Assembly: GCF_018350175.1 (NCBI RefSeq)
Contig: NC_058368.1
Location: 123,506,001 to 123,570,000, forward strand
Source: Felis catus
Taxonomy: Eukaryota
Length of the DNA stretch: 64,000 nucleotides
Direction of reading: 5' to 3'
A program made the position numbers and the translations under genes. Each line of letters starts with the position of its first letter. The first letter of the stretch is position 1. Below are positions 49,821-61,600 of this stretch, one piece after another. The notes below the pieces were generated by a model. It searched no databases, was not told the origin of the DNA, and worked only from the letters and a program-made list of their open reading frames with translations.

Positions 49821-51549
49821 CTGTTTCAAAGAAAATATTGATTCAGAAATTTAAAAAAGAACAAAATCAGTTAAGTCATTTGTCAGTTTATTATAGAAAA
49901 ACCTATGGTCTTTTAATCTTATTCTTTGATCCAGCAAATCTGCTTTTAGGAATTTTTCACAGAGAAATAATACAAAGGTGCAGATTTGTAGGTAGTAGTG
50001 ACAGAAGAGGAGAAACTGCAAATCAAAGGCACTCATCTACAGAGAAAATCTGTCAGCCATTAGAAAAAAAAATGAGCTACCAAAAGGATGAGGGTGATCC
50101 ACATGGAAAATTTCCTTGACATGTTAAATAAAATTAAAAACTACAGAATAAAAGTTAAGTAAGCTCATTTCTGTAAAAAGGAAGTATTTTGTTTTTATAC
50201 ATTTTATAATTTACAAAAAGGATTGTGTAGATAGTAATATAATAATATTCATCTGAAAGTTACCTTTCCATATTCTCTTTCTTGTAGAAAATAGGGACAT
50301 TAAAAAAAAAAAAAAAAAAAGGCCTCTGGTAAAATGGGTGTTATAAAACTTAAGGACTAGCTCCACTGAGCAAACTTTAGATGCAGTTTAAAATTAAACT
50401 CAAATTTGTTTTTTTCCTTAGGTTAACAAAGTACAGATGAGAAGCATCAAGGCACAAGGTGAAGATAAGGGCATGTATAATGCTGCTATGAAACACAACT
50501 GTTAACATGAATGGAAAAGAAATCAACTAAGGCAGCACATCGAGCTTAAGCCTGGAACCACTTTGTGTAGAACACACTGATACAGTGTAAACAGAAGTGT
50601 TAGCTGTCTGTACCTCTTGTTCACCCAAATCACATTCTTCCATCATTCCTATTTCTGCCATTGATACCACTGTCCCTCCACCTGAAAATCTCTTGCTGTC
50701 TTTAGCTCATTAACTACTTTACTCAGTAAACCAAAACTTTCTATTGGTTCTTGCTTTAAATGTTTCTGTTGCCTTCCAATTCCAATACCAATTTGGAGCC
50801 TTATTATTTCATACCTGAGGAAGTGCAAAAGCTACCAAATGGCTTCCCTATCCTTTCCAAATCACCTTGAATGCTACTAAATATTCCAAACCACTTTAAG
50901 CACTTTAATTTTGACCTAAAATACCAAATTCTTGTAACTCACCTGCCCCCAACTTTGAGAAGCTCTTCCCAAGAAAAAAAAGTCAAATTCATTTTTTGGG
51001 GATCAAAATCTTCTGGTGTCAGCTAAACTCACTTGTTTACTCCTTCCTGTCAGTACTCATCTACATTGTATACTCTGTATATATTCATATATTGTTTAAT
51101 ACCCAAAGGCTCATTGCACAATCCACTTCTGTACACTGTTCACACTATTTTACCCATATGGATCATCTTCCCTTTACTGCCCATGCACACTTTGCACCCT
51201 TCAAGTTCCCCCTCTCTTCTTGCAGTCTTGACCAAATGTTCTAATCAGAAGAGACCTCTTCTTTGACCCTTAATGGAGACTCATACTGTCCTAAGTTTTT
51301 TTTCTTATATTAGTTTAATATAGGCACAGAGTTTTAAAAATATGTATAGGATACACAAGAGTATAAAAAAAGAAGTGTCCTCTCATTCTACCACCCCAGT
51401 CCTAATCACTAATAATAGCTTTTTGTGTATCTTTCCATATCTTTTGTGTGCATACAGAATGAAAATACACATATATATATTTTTTTCTTTTACACAAATG
51501 GGTTCATCATACTACACATGGTGTTTTGCAACTTCCCTTTTCTCTTTCT

Positions 51550-52310
51550 AAACCAATTTTATTCAGGTATGATTTACATATAATATAATGCACCCATTTA
51601 GGTATACAGGTGAATGTGTTTCATAAATATATATATTGATTTAACCATCATCCTAATCAAGATAAAAACATTCCCACCATCCCCAAAAGTTTCCTCATGC
51701 TGCCTTACAGTGAATCCTCTTTCCCTATCCTTGGACTCAAGCAACTACTGATCTGCCTTTTGTCATGAGAGATTGATTTAGCAAGGATGAGTTATCTGGA
51801 ATTTAATATAATAATTACACATGTAGTCATCTGTGTCTCCCTTCTTTCATTCAAGGATTATGCTTTGGAAAGTTGCTTGCAGTGTTTGCCTATTATGAAT
51901 ATAAAACTGCTATGCACATTTGTGTACAGGTCTTTTGTGGACATGTTTTCAGTTTTCTTGAATAAATACCTAAGAATGAAACTGTTCTGTCACATGGCTA
52001 AGTGTATGTTTAACTTTTTAAGGAAGTGCCAGTTTTCTGAAGTGGATATACCATTTTATACTCCCACAATCAATGTCTGAGTGTTCCTGCAGCTCCATGC
52101 ACTCCCAACACTTGGTATTACTGATCTCTTTAATTGTAGCCATTTTGATGAATATACAATAGGATCTAACTGCAGTTTCCATTTTCATTTCTCTGATGAC
52201 TAGTGATCTTGAAATTGTTTTTACATGTTTACTGGCTATCCATATGTCTATTTTTGTGAAGTATCTGTTGTCCTTTGAAAACTTCTTTATAAATTCTAAA
52301 GTCTACTGTC
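51550..52310 (-). mobile_element. Old L1M fragment
   Basis: L1 3'UTR/ORF2-end motifs 'tatgtttaactttttaaggaagtgccagtttt...ttttcatttctctgatgactag'. Confidence 0.75.
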
Positions 52311-52717
52311 AGACACGTAACATTTTCTTCCTACAACTTGTTTTCATGTAACCTTACATTTTTAGTTTCTCTTATATCTAGGCTTCTCTGACCAGACTAA
52401 GTATTTTTTTGTAACGAAATGTGCCTTTCTTTTATTATCCAAGGAATTTAGGATACTTCTTACAAATGATAATCATTTAAAAATACTTGATGATTATCTG
52501 TTTAAAGATGGGAGGAAACATAAGTAACACTTATTGAGCAGTTACTTTGTGCCATTTTTATTTTGTTACTTCTAGGTTTTATTTTGCTTAATCTTTCCAT
52601 CCACTCCTAGAGGTGGGTATTTCTTTAATTTACAAATGAGAAAACTAAGTTACAGCAAAGTTAAATATGTTGCCTATGAATAGCCAGTTAAAAGCCTAAT
52701 ACAAATTTCTAACTCAC

Positions 52718-52843
52718 AGGGTCAAATTTTTCCTCTTCTAAACTTTTAGAATTCTCACTCTTTTCTTCTTCATTTTGTTGTTCAGCATACTGCAAAATCC
52801 ATGCTTTCATATTTACTTCCAAATTTTTTTCTTCCTTTTTTGG
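52718..52843 (-). CDS. DHX29: DHX29 exon 6
   Basis: PKKEEKNLEVNMKAWILQYAEQQNEEEKSENSKSLEEEKFDP|gtgagt; 126 nt. Confidence 0.92.
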
Positions 52844-53102
52844 CTAGAAAGGAAAAACAAATATCTGAAAAACCAAAGTTAGAAAAAGGTGTCAAACTAT
52901 CAAGTGTCCCTGTTTTTACTATTTTTTTTTTCACTCAGAAACAGTAGACACGTAAACCTCATAAAATCATATTATATACTGTTCTGTGAAGGACAAACGA
53001 ATTACACCTTGCTTTAAGAAGTCTAAACTTTCAAAATCAAAAAGGTATGCCTATATAAAGAGGCAAAACAATAAGGAGAACTTTAAACACTACTGCTACT
53101 CC

Positions 53103-54388
53103 AGGCACCTGGGTGGCTCAGTTGAGTTGAGTATCCAACCTCGTCTCAGGTCACGATCTCGTGTTTGTGGGTTCGAGCTCTACATCAGGCTCTGGGCTAA
53201 CAGCTCAGAGCCTGGAGCCTACTTTGGATTCTGTGTCTCCCTCTCTCTCTGCCCCTTCCTGATCACACATTCATTCTCCCTCTCTTTCAAAAAATAAAAT
53301 GTTTAAAAAACAAAAAAAAAACTAGTGCTATTCCTTAAAAATAGTGGTTTTATGGGGATAATGCTTCCAGATTTTTGTTTTTGTTTTGTTTTCAAGCTTT
53401 ACTGGGGTATAACTCATATATTTAAAAACTGTACAGGGGCGCCTGGGTGGCGCAGTCGGTTGAGCATCCGACTTCAGCCAGGTCACGATCTCGCGGTCCG
53501 GGAGTTCGAGCCCCGCGTCGGGCTCTGGGCTGATGGCTCGGAGCCTGGAGCCTGTTTCCGATTCTGTGTCTCCCTCTCTCTCTGCCCCTCCCCCGTTCAT
53601 GCTCTGTCTCTCTCTGTCCCAAAAATAAATAAACGTTGAAAAAAAAATTAAAAAAAAAACAAAACTGTACATACTTGGGGTGCGTGGGTGGCTCAGTCAG
53701 TTGGGCATGCAACTCTTGATTTTAGCTCAGGTTATGATCTTGCCATTCATGGGATCAAGCCCTGTCTCGGGCTCCCTGCTGACCGCGTGGAGCCTGCTTG
53801 GGATTCTTTCTCTCCTTCTCTCTGCCCCTCCCCTATTCACATGTATATGCTTTTTCCATCGAAATAATAAACTTTAAAACATTGTACATATCTAATGTAC
53901 ATGTTAATATATCAATTATATATTAACTTATCATAATGTATACATAAACTCATTCTGATGAGTTTGGACATGTGTCCATTCACGATACCTACAATTGAGA
54001 TACTAAACATATCCGTCACCTCTATAAACTTCCTTGTGTTCTTTTGTGCACATGGATTGGTGGGGATAGGGAGTGGTGATTGTGGTGAGAACACATAACA
54101 TGAGACCTATCTTCTGAACATACTTTAAAGTGCATAATATTGTTCTGTTAACTATAGGCACTATGTTACAAAGATCTCTAGAACTTATTCATCTTGTGTA
54201 ACTGAAACTAAATGATTAGGCAACATTTCCCCATTTTCCCCTCTCCTCCCTTCAGCCTCTGGTAACTTCCACTCTTTTCTCCACTTCTAAGAGTTTAGCT
54301 ATTTTGGATACTTCACTTAAGTGGAATCCTATAGTATTTATCTTTCTGTGACTGGTTTATTTCACTTAGCATAATGTTCTCTAGGTTC
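53103..54388. mobile_element. Three plus-strand Can-SINEs (53103-53320; young copy 53436-53660; 53677-53875), the last two inside a minus-strand L1MA-type 3' end
   Basis: TSD aaaactgtaca around the young copy; L1 'agatctctagaacttattcatcttgtgtaactgaaac'. Confidence 0.85.
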
Positions 54389-54405
54389 AAGCACACAGAG
54401 GTTTT

Positions 54406-54892
54406 GTGATACGCAGTGTATTTAAGCATGACGCCCTAATGAAGTATACCTTCCAGTCTTGACTCCTTGCTGTAATCCCCTTCCACACGTATTTTGGAAT
54501 TGGCCATGTGATGTGCTTCAACCAAGGAAACATTACCAAGATACAAACTAGGGTTTGGTAAGAAATTTATAGACTGGGGCTTATCATCTTGAAATACTTG
54601 GTCTTAGAAGCCAGATGCCAAGTAAATCAGACCACCCTGTGACCATCATATATGAGGAAACATAAGTTAGCCACATGGAAAGAAGGATGCCTGGTTAGCC
54701 CCCAGCTGAGGTACTAGTCCTATAAGTAAGAAACCATTTTGGATATTCTAGCCTAGTAAGACACCTTGGGAAACAGATGGACTAAACAGCTGACCCTGGT
54801 CCAGACTGCAGAATCAAAAGAAATAAACTGGTGGTTTAAGTCACTAAATTTTTGGGTGGATTGTTATGCAGCAATACACTACCGAAACCATG
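54406..54892 (+). mobile_element. MaLR LTR (MLT1-like)
   Basis: 3' end 'aaataaactggtggtttaagtcactaaatttttgggtggattgttatgcagcaata'. Confidence 0.8.
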
Positions 54893-55026
54893 ACAGAAAA
54901 GTTTGGCAAACTAATTCTCTTCAATAAGCAAAAACATTATTGCAACCTAGTATTTCTACTCATAAACTGCTATAATGCACTTTATTCTGATTTTATACAA
55001 CTTCATGTGTTTAATTCTTAAATTAC

Positions 55027-55169
55027 CTTAATCTTAGTATCTTCTGGTTTTTTGATTTTAGGTTGCAATGGAGGTGAAACAGTGGCTGGTACTTGAGGAG
55101 ACTGGAATTTTGGCCTACTTTTAGTTTGTTGCTCTTCAAATTCTTGACTGAATCCTTCAGGAAGTGCAT
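55027..55169 (-). CDS. DHX29: DHX29 exon 5
   Basis: (D)ALPEGFSQEFEEQQTKSRPKFQSPQ...KKPEDTKIK|gtaatt; AAG acceptor; 143 nt. Confidence 0.92.
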
Positions 55170-55887
55170 CTTAAAAATTGGGATTAAAAAAAACATACAT
55201 ATGATATATAAAACATAAACATACACATTCATCAAACATACACAAAAATCCTGGCTAAACAAAAAGCACCTAATTTTCTTCCACACTCATCTCCCCAAGA
55301 ATAGAAATCCTATGATGAATCTGACTTTATTGTCAAAGTCAAAGTGCGAACACTCATCAGATGACAGCCCACCTCTAAATGGCCATTTATTTCACTCTCA
55401 ATGTGTTAGGTTCCTAAGTTTTCAAAAAAAGATTTGAACCCTTCCCAACTCTTTGGTTGCCTATTACAGTATATGGCAGGATCCTTAATCAGTCATACAA
55501 GCAATTTGGACTCTAGGTTCTTGCTAAAGATGACAACCTTGACTCTCTGGTTATTAAAACTATCCAAAGCCAGATGGCCCAAATTTCTAAACCAAAACCA
55601 GGAGAGACAGTCTGATAGGTAACAGGTAGGCAAACTTTAAAAATGTGTTCTATGAAGTACATTATAAAATGACTACTGACAACTGAAAGTAATGCACAAA
55701 ACATTTCTTCTTGCAAGGACTACAACCTCTGAGAATATACTACAAAGAGCAGGAAAGGGTAAGAACATTCAAATAATAATTATAACACAGTGAAAAAATT
55801 TTAAGTAGAGCTTGATACAAATATCACAAATTCTGAATTTCAGATGGGCTTTAGAAAATGAACGACTTTAATGATAATACTACTTAC

Positions 55888-56017
55888 CATCTGAAAGATT
55901 TAAACAGAGCCAATCCAAGGCAGAATGGAGATCACCTCCCTGCAAGAGTGTGTTAGTCATGGCATCTTCAATGTCTTTAGTCTTAAATGAAAATGCTTGT
56001 AAAGCCATGTATAAATC
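55888..56017 (-). CDS. DHX29: DHX29 exon 4
   Basis: DLYMALQAFSFKTKDIEDAMTNTLLQGGDLHSALDWLCLNLSD (UBA-like)|gtaagt; 130 nt. Confidence 0.94.
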
Positions 56018-56094
56018 CTGTAAGAGGGAAATGCAAAAAAGTCATTCTGTCAATTTTCTCTCCTTGTATTACTAATTTTATTCTACCACTCATT

Positions 56095-57942
56095 TTATTA
56101 TTATTTATTTAAGTAGGCTCTATGCCCAGCGCAGAGCCCAATCAAGGGCTTGAACTCACAACCCTGAGATCAAGACCTGAGCTAAGATCACAAGTTGGAC
56201 ACTTAACTGACTGAGCTTAAGGTTATTTATGTATTTAGAGAGAGAGAGGGAGGGAAATCAGGGGAGGGCAGAGAGAGAGGGAGAGAATCCCAACCAGGCT
56301 CTATGCTATCAACACAGAGCCCAATGCAAGACTGAAACTCATGCCATGACCTGAGCCAAAATCAAGAGTCAGATGCTTAAGCTACTGGGCCACACAGTAG
56401 CCCACTCATTTTAAACCAGAAATTCTGATACAAATTATAATTTCAAAAATATCTTTTCTCCCTTCTAGTTAGAAGAGTTAAATATGCTTACCAGATTGAG
56501 AATTTGAGAACTATGGATAAATTTTAAAAGGACCTCAAGGGGTGCCTGGGTGGCTCAGCTGGTTGAGCGTCAAGTTTCAGCTCAAGTCATGTTCTCACGG
56601 TTTGTGGGTCTGGGCCTGGCACTGGGCTCTGTGCTGACAGCTGAGAGCCTGGGGCTTGTTTCGGATTCTGTGTCTCCCTCTCTCTCTGCCCCTCCACTGC
56701 TCACAAAAATAAACAAACAAAAAAAATTAAATTAAAACAGTAAATAAAAGGACCTAGAAAATAAACAAACAAATAAATAAAAGGACCTGGAGACACTGCT
56801 CATATTCTTACTATCCAACGATATTGTTTGCAATGTAGTATGTCTCCTATGAGTCATTTTTCTGATCTTGTGAAAACAAATTTCACTTAATGTTATAACA
56901 TAAGCAGGGCACCTGGGTGGCTCAGTCGGTTAAGCATCCGACTTCAGCTCAGGTCGTGATCTCGCAGTTTGTGGGTTTGAGCCCCACATCGGGCCCTGTG
57001 CTGACAGCTCAGAGTCTGGAGCCTGCTTCTGATTCTGTGTCTCCCTCTCTCTCTCTGCCCCTCCACTGCTCATGCTCTGTCTCTCCCAAAATAAATAAAC
57101 ATTAAAAAAAATTTTTTTTGATCATTGTAACATAAGCATCTTCCCAAGTTATCAGAAACTCTTCATCACTTATAAGAGTTACATACTTCATTAGGTAGGT
57201 GTATCATAATCATACCTTTTCCTATTAGTGGCCACTCAGGATGTTTTCTCTTTTTCTTATGATTAGTGCTTCAATAAACATGTTCACCTATAAAGTAAAG
57301 CATCTTAACGTACTTTCTAAAGCATGATCTTCAGAGCTGGAGAGAATTTGGTTCAAATCCAGACTGTGCTTACTCTACTACTTACTCATTAACAACTGCA
57401 GACTATAGCTTATGTAGTAATCTTTCCAAGCCCTGATTCCTTCATTTGAAAAATGGGGCAAAGTATCTTCTGGTATTGTTGTGTCAGAGAAAATGTAAGC
57501 AAAGCGCCCACTATAGAGCCTAATATAATTTGTGGAATGTAATTTAGTTTTCACATCACCATTTTAATGTGTGTAGTTGTATATGGCACAATTCCTTCCC
57601 TAGTCTTGCAGATGGAAATGATCTACATAAAATCTCAACGGAGTTGAAAAAGTCATTTTATCTCACTATCTTACAACGTAGAACAGGCTTAAAAATGCTC
57701 CATTAAAAATAAGGAACTTAGTGGGGGCACCTAAGTAGCTCAGTTAAGCATCTCTTTTGATTTTTGCTCAGGTCATCATCTCATGGTTTGTGGGTGCGAG
57801 CTCTGCGTTGAGCGCTGTGCTGACAGCATGGAGCTTGCTTGGGATTCTCTCTCTTCCTGTCTCTCTGCCCACCGCCCCCCCCCCCCCCCGATCCTGCATG
57901 CACTCTTTGTCTGTCAAAATAAATAAATAAACATTAAAAAAA
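56095..57942. mobile_element. Can-SINEs in DHX29 intron 3 (minus 56095-56403; plus 56539-56740, 56907-57110, 57722-57942)
   Basis: Heads and tails visible. Confidence 0.85.
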
Positions 57943-57974
57943 ATACAGAACTTAAAAAAAAGTTTGCAAAATAC

Positions 57975-58088
57975 CTGTAATTTTTTGGCAGTAAGTCTTC
58001 CAGAAATCACTCCTTTGTCATTATTTTGCTTTTTATGCTCATTTATCACTCCAATAATTCTTTGCTCTAGTTTGTGATTAATTACCAC
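57975..58088 (-). CDS. DHX29: DHX29 exon 3
   Basis: VVINHKLEQRIIGVINEHKKQNNDKGVISGRLTAKKLQ|gtattt; 114 nt. Confidence 0.94.
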
Positions 58089-59075
58089 CTGTTGAAGCCA
58101 AAAAGGTCCTGTCAATTAGAATCTAAATTATTACATAATATTTAATAAATAAATGATTAGAAGAAAATCACATAGTTTTCTGTATCCCTGCCAACAATCC
58201 AAGGATTTAAGCTAAAATCAGGTAAAATAATTATTATATTTTAGACCGCCATTGGACTATATCTGTACCACATATTTAAGAAAAAATGGGATATGAAAAA
58301 AGCAACATATGGCAAGGAAGAAATCCTCTTACAAACCCTCTGAAGCTGCACTGTCTTCGAACTGCTACCATAAAGACCGATTCCTAAGCTTGATCGTAAA
58401 GCTGAATCAGAATCCTTGTGGATGGAGCCCAGGAATCTGCTTAATGTAAACCCCAAGCAAACAGCTTTAAAGAATGGATGTTACACTAAAAAGAACACAT
58501 ATCAAATAAAAATAAATACTATATAAATAGTAATAATTAGGTAACACAAATTCTTTTGGCTCCCAATGTTTGATCTTGTTTTTCTATTAGCCACCTTGTA
58601 TTCCATTTTTTTGTTTCATATGTTCTTTCCAAACTTTAAACTTCAGAATACACAAACATGTACCTACAAACATGTACCTTTCCTTTACCACATCTTTACT
58701 GAATGCCTACCATGATCTATGCTCAAAAATATACTACAGAAATCAGTCTAGCACAGGAAACCTATATAAAAAGATATACTGTAAACCAGCATGGCAACTA
58801 TTAAAAAAAAAAAATGGGACCACAAGAAAAACTGGTGAGTTATGAAGGACTTCTTAGAGGCTCCAGAGGTGACAAATGGAGAAGGAGAAGCAGGTCATTT
58901 TAAGCAGAGAGTTCACTGACAAAAGCCTAGAGTCATAAAATCACACGGGATTTGGAGGAACAATGAGATTTAAACTAAAATTTTAAGTGGAGAAGAATAA
59001 TGGAAAGGAGGCTGGAAATGTACACTAAACCAGGTCTGAAAGGATGCATATGCTATCCTTAAAGATTTGTATCTT

Positions 59076-59260
59076 GGGGCACCTGGGTGGCTCAGCTAGT
59101 TAAGCATCCGACTTGAGCTCAGGTCATGATCTCATGATTTGTGGGTTTGAGACCTTCATAAGGCTCTGGGCTGACCGCTCAGAGCCTGGAGCCTGCTTCA
59201 GATTCTTTGTCTCCCTCTCTCTCCCCTCTCCCTCCTCTTTCTCTCAAAAATAAACATTAA
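59076..59260 (+). mobile_element. Can-SINE
   Basis: Head and tail visible. Confidence 0.87.
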
Positions 59261-59476
59261 TTTTTTTTTTTTTTAATTTGGATCTTACCCACATCTTCCT
59301 TAAGTTCCTATAGGCTTTCAACATATATGTTATGATTTACATCTATTTAGTACAAATCAGCAATTAATTTATTACAAAAATTTAAAATACACCATTTCTT
59401 TTATTTAAGAATATACCTTTTTCTTTCTTTTTCAAAGACAACATTTCTTGAAATGACTCAAGACCTCAGTACTCAC

Positions 59477-59550
59477 TTTCAAAATAGATTTATCCAGATT
59501 TGCAGGACCTCCAGAATCATTTGTAGAATTAAAACTATAAATTTTCGGAC
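59477..59550 (-). CDS. DHX29: DHX29 exon 2
   Basis: cag|GT CCG: (G)PKIYSFNSTNDSGGPANLDKSILK|gtgagt; 74 nt. Confidence 0.92.
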
Positions 59551-59969
59551 CTGTATATAACAGACAACAAGTAGTCAAGGCAGTTTAATCATTAATAATT
59601 ACTACATTATTTTTTCTCTAAAAATTGCTAAACATTAAATATTTGATTTCACCTCTCTTTTGCCTACTTCACCAAATAACTCAATCTGTAAGTCAGCAAT
59701 ACTGCCTCTAAATTTTCACAAACATTTTACCAATTAGCATTCTCAAGGTTAACAAGTTACTTACAAAGAGCAAAGGCATGTATATTTTTTAAATTAAATC
59801 TATGTTCACCTTTATATTTTTAAAGTCAGATGCTCTTCTGCGTGGCACTTAACTGAAGCAAGATCTCTCAGAGGATATTAGATTCTTGGCAGAGAAGATG
59901 GTTATTTTTTAAGAGAAATACTCCCACCTAAAGTATAAATGAGGCAGCAGCTCCTGTCATCTTCTCCTA

Positions 59970-59988
59970 TTTTTTTTTAATCTTCATT

Positions 59989-60031
<43 letters not shown>

Positions 60032-60207
60032 GACAGAGCATGGGTGGGGGATGGGAAAAGAGAGAGAGGGAGACACAGAATCTGAAGCAGGCTCCAGGCT
60101 CTGACCTGTCAGCACAGAGCCCGACGCGGGGCTTGAACTTACAAACTGTGAGATCATGACCTGAGCTGAAGTCGGATGCCCAACCGACTGAGCCACCCAG
60201 GCGCCCC
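59970..60207 (-). mobile_element. Can-SINE
   Basis: 15-bp TSD tcatcttctcctatt (59957-59971 / 60208-60222). Confidence 0.9.
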
Positions 60208-60237
60208 TCATCTTCTCCTATTGAGTCCAAGAGTTGC

Positions 60238-60658
60238 TGTACTAGTTTCTTAGGACAAATTACCACAAACTTGGTTGGCCAAATGTAACATATTCTCTCA
60301 CAATTCTGGAGGCTTTAAGTACAAAATCAAGTTGTCACTAGGACCATGCTCCCTTTAGGTTCTAGACAAGAATCCTTTGGTAATCCTTCTGGTAATCCCA
60401 GGAATTGCTTGCCTTGTTTGCCTTTTACACATGGGGCTTCACATGGCCTTAGTCCCTGGTGTCTGTGTTCACATATCTCTCTCCTTTCTCTGGACACTAG
60501 CCACTGGATGATTCCATCTCGAGATGAAATATCCTTAACTAATTTTATCTGTAAGGATCTTATTTCCAAATAAGGTTGCATTCTGAGGTTCCAGGTAGAA
60601 ATGAACTTGGGGGAGATGGGGGTGGGGGGGTGGGAATGATACTACTAAACCCATTACA
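60238..60658 (-). mobile_element. MaLR LTR (MLT1-like)
   Basis: 'aaattaccacaaacttgg...ctcacaattctggaggc...ttatttccaaataaggttgcattctgagg'. Confidence 0.8.
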
Positions 60659-61377
60659 GTTGTCAAGTCTGTTCCAGCCAAGAGAAACGCTATACATATC
60701 ATCAGTTCTCTAACGAGTAACCATGAAGGAACACATATTATTTTCAAACCATTAGTCTCATGATCTGTTTATTCTCTTAAAAATCAGTGACGATCCCAAA
60801 TACTTTTTATGCAAATTCTAACAGTGATACACATCATGTTATAAAAAGGAAAAATTTTTAAATACTCATTAATTCATTAAAAAGAACAAACCCACTATAA
60901 TATAAATACTTCTTATGAAAAATACCTACATTTTCCAAACCCTCCAAAAAATGTTTTGGGTTTTTGCAAATCTCTTAATGTCTGGTTTCTCCATTCAATT
61001 TTCTGTATTATTATCATGTAGCCACTGAAAAATACCACTGTACACTCATGAGAAAATGAGTACAAATATGGCAAATAACATTTTAGATTAATGAAAACAG
61101 TTCTCATTTCATGGAGTCCCTGACAGAGAGGTTTCAAGAATTCCACAAACCACTACTATATGAGAATACTCCTAGAATCTTACAACGTCTACTTACTCTG
61201 CTGTTAATAAATCTCAAAGTAAGGATTTTTTTTTTTTTTTTTTTACTTTCGGAGAGAAACCTAAACATTAAAAGTTGCTTATTATGATTTTAAAGGTCAA
61301 AAACTTGGGTCTCTGTTGACTTAGAGTTTTCCTTTCAAGATGCTACTTAATTAGCCATTTCAAAAGCAAAAAGTTTT

Positions 61378-61600
61378 GGGGTGCCTGGGTGGCTCAGTTG
61401 GTTAGGCGTCCGACTTCGGCTCAGGTCATGATCTCATGGTTTGTGGGTTTGAGCCCCGCGTCGGGCTCTGTGCCAACAGTTCAGCGCCTGGAGCCTGCTT
61501 TGGATTCTGTGTCTCCCTCTCTCTCTCTCTCTGCTCCTCCCCCACTCATGCTCTGTCTCTCTCTCTCTCAAAAATAAACATTGAAAAAAAATTTAAAAGA
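61378..61600 (+). mobile_element. Can-SINE
   Basis: Head, CT tract and tail visible. Confidence 0.88.

Noticed and set aside
23587..58679. Short direct duplications (taatgagctcaaaa x2 at 23587, gaacaaatctaaattaattaca x2 at 47620, acaaacatgtacct x2 at 58652)
   Set aside because: They are ordinary slippage duplications with no evident function.
20588..59550. DHX29 pseudogenisation or missing exon
   Set aside because: All 26 exons join in frame with GT-AG ends, and motifs I, Ia, II (DEVH), III, IV, V and VI are intact.
3953..61600. tRNA genes
   Set aside because: The A/B-box-like sequences I saw belong to tRNA-derived SINE heads; I recognised no complete cloverleaf.
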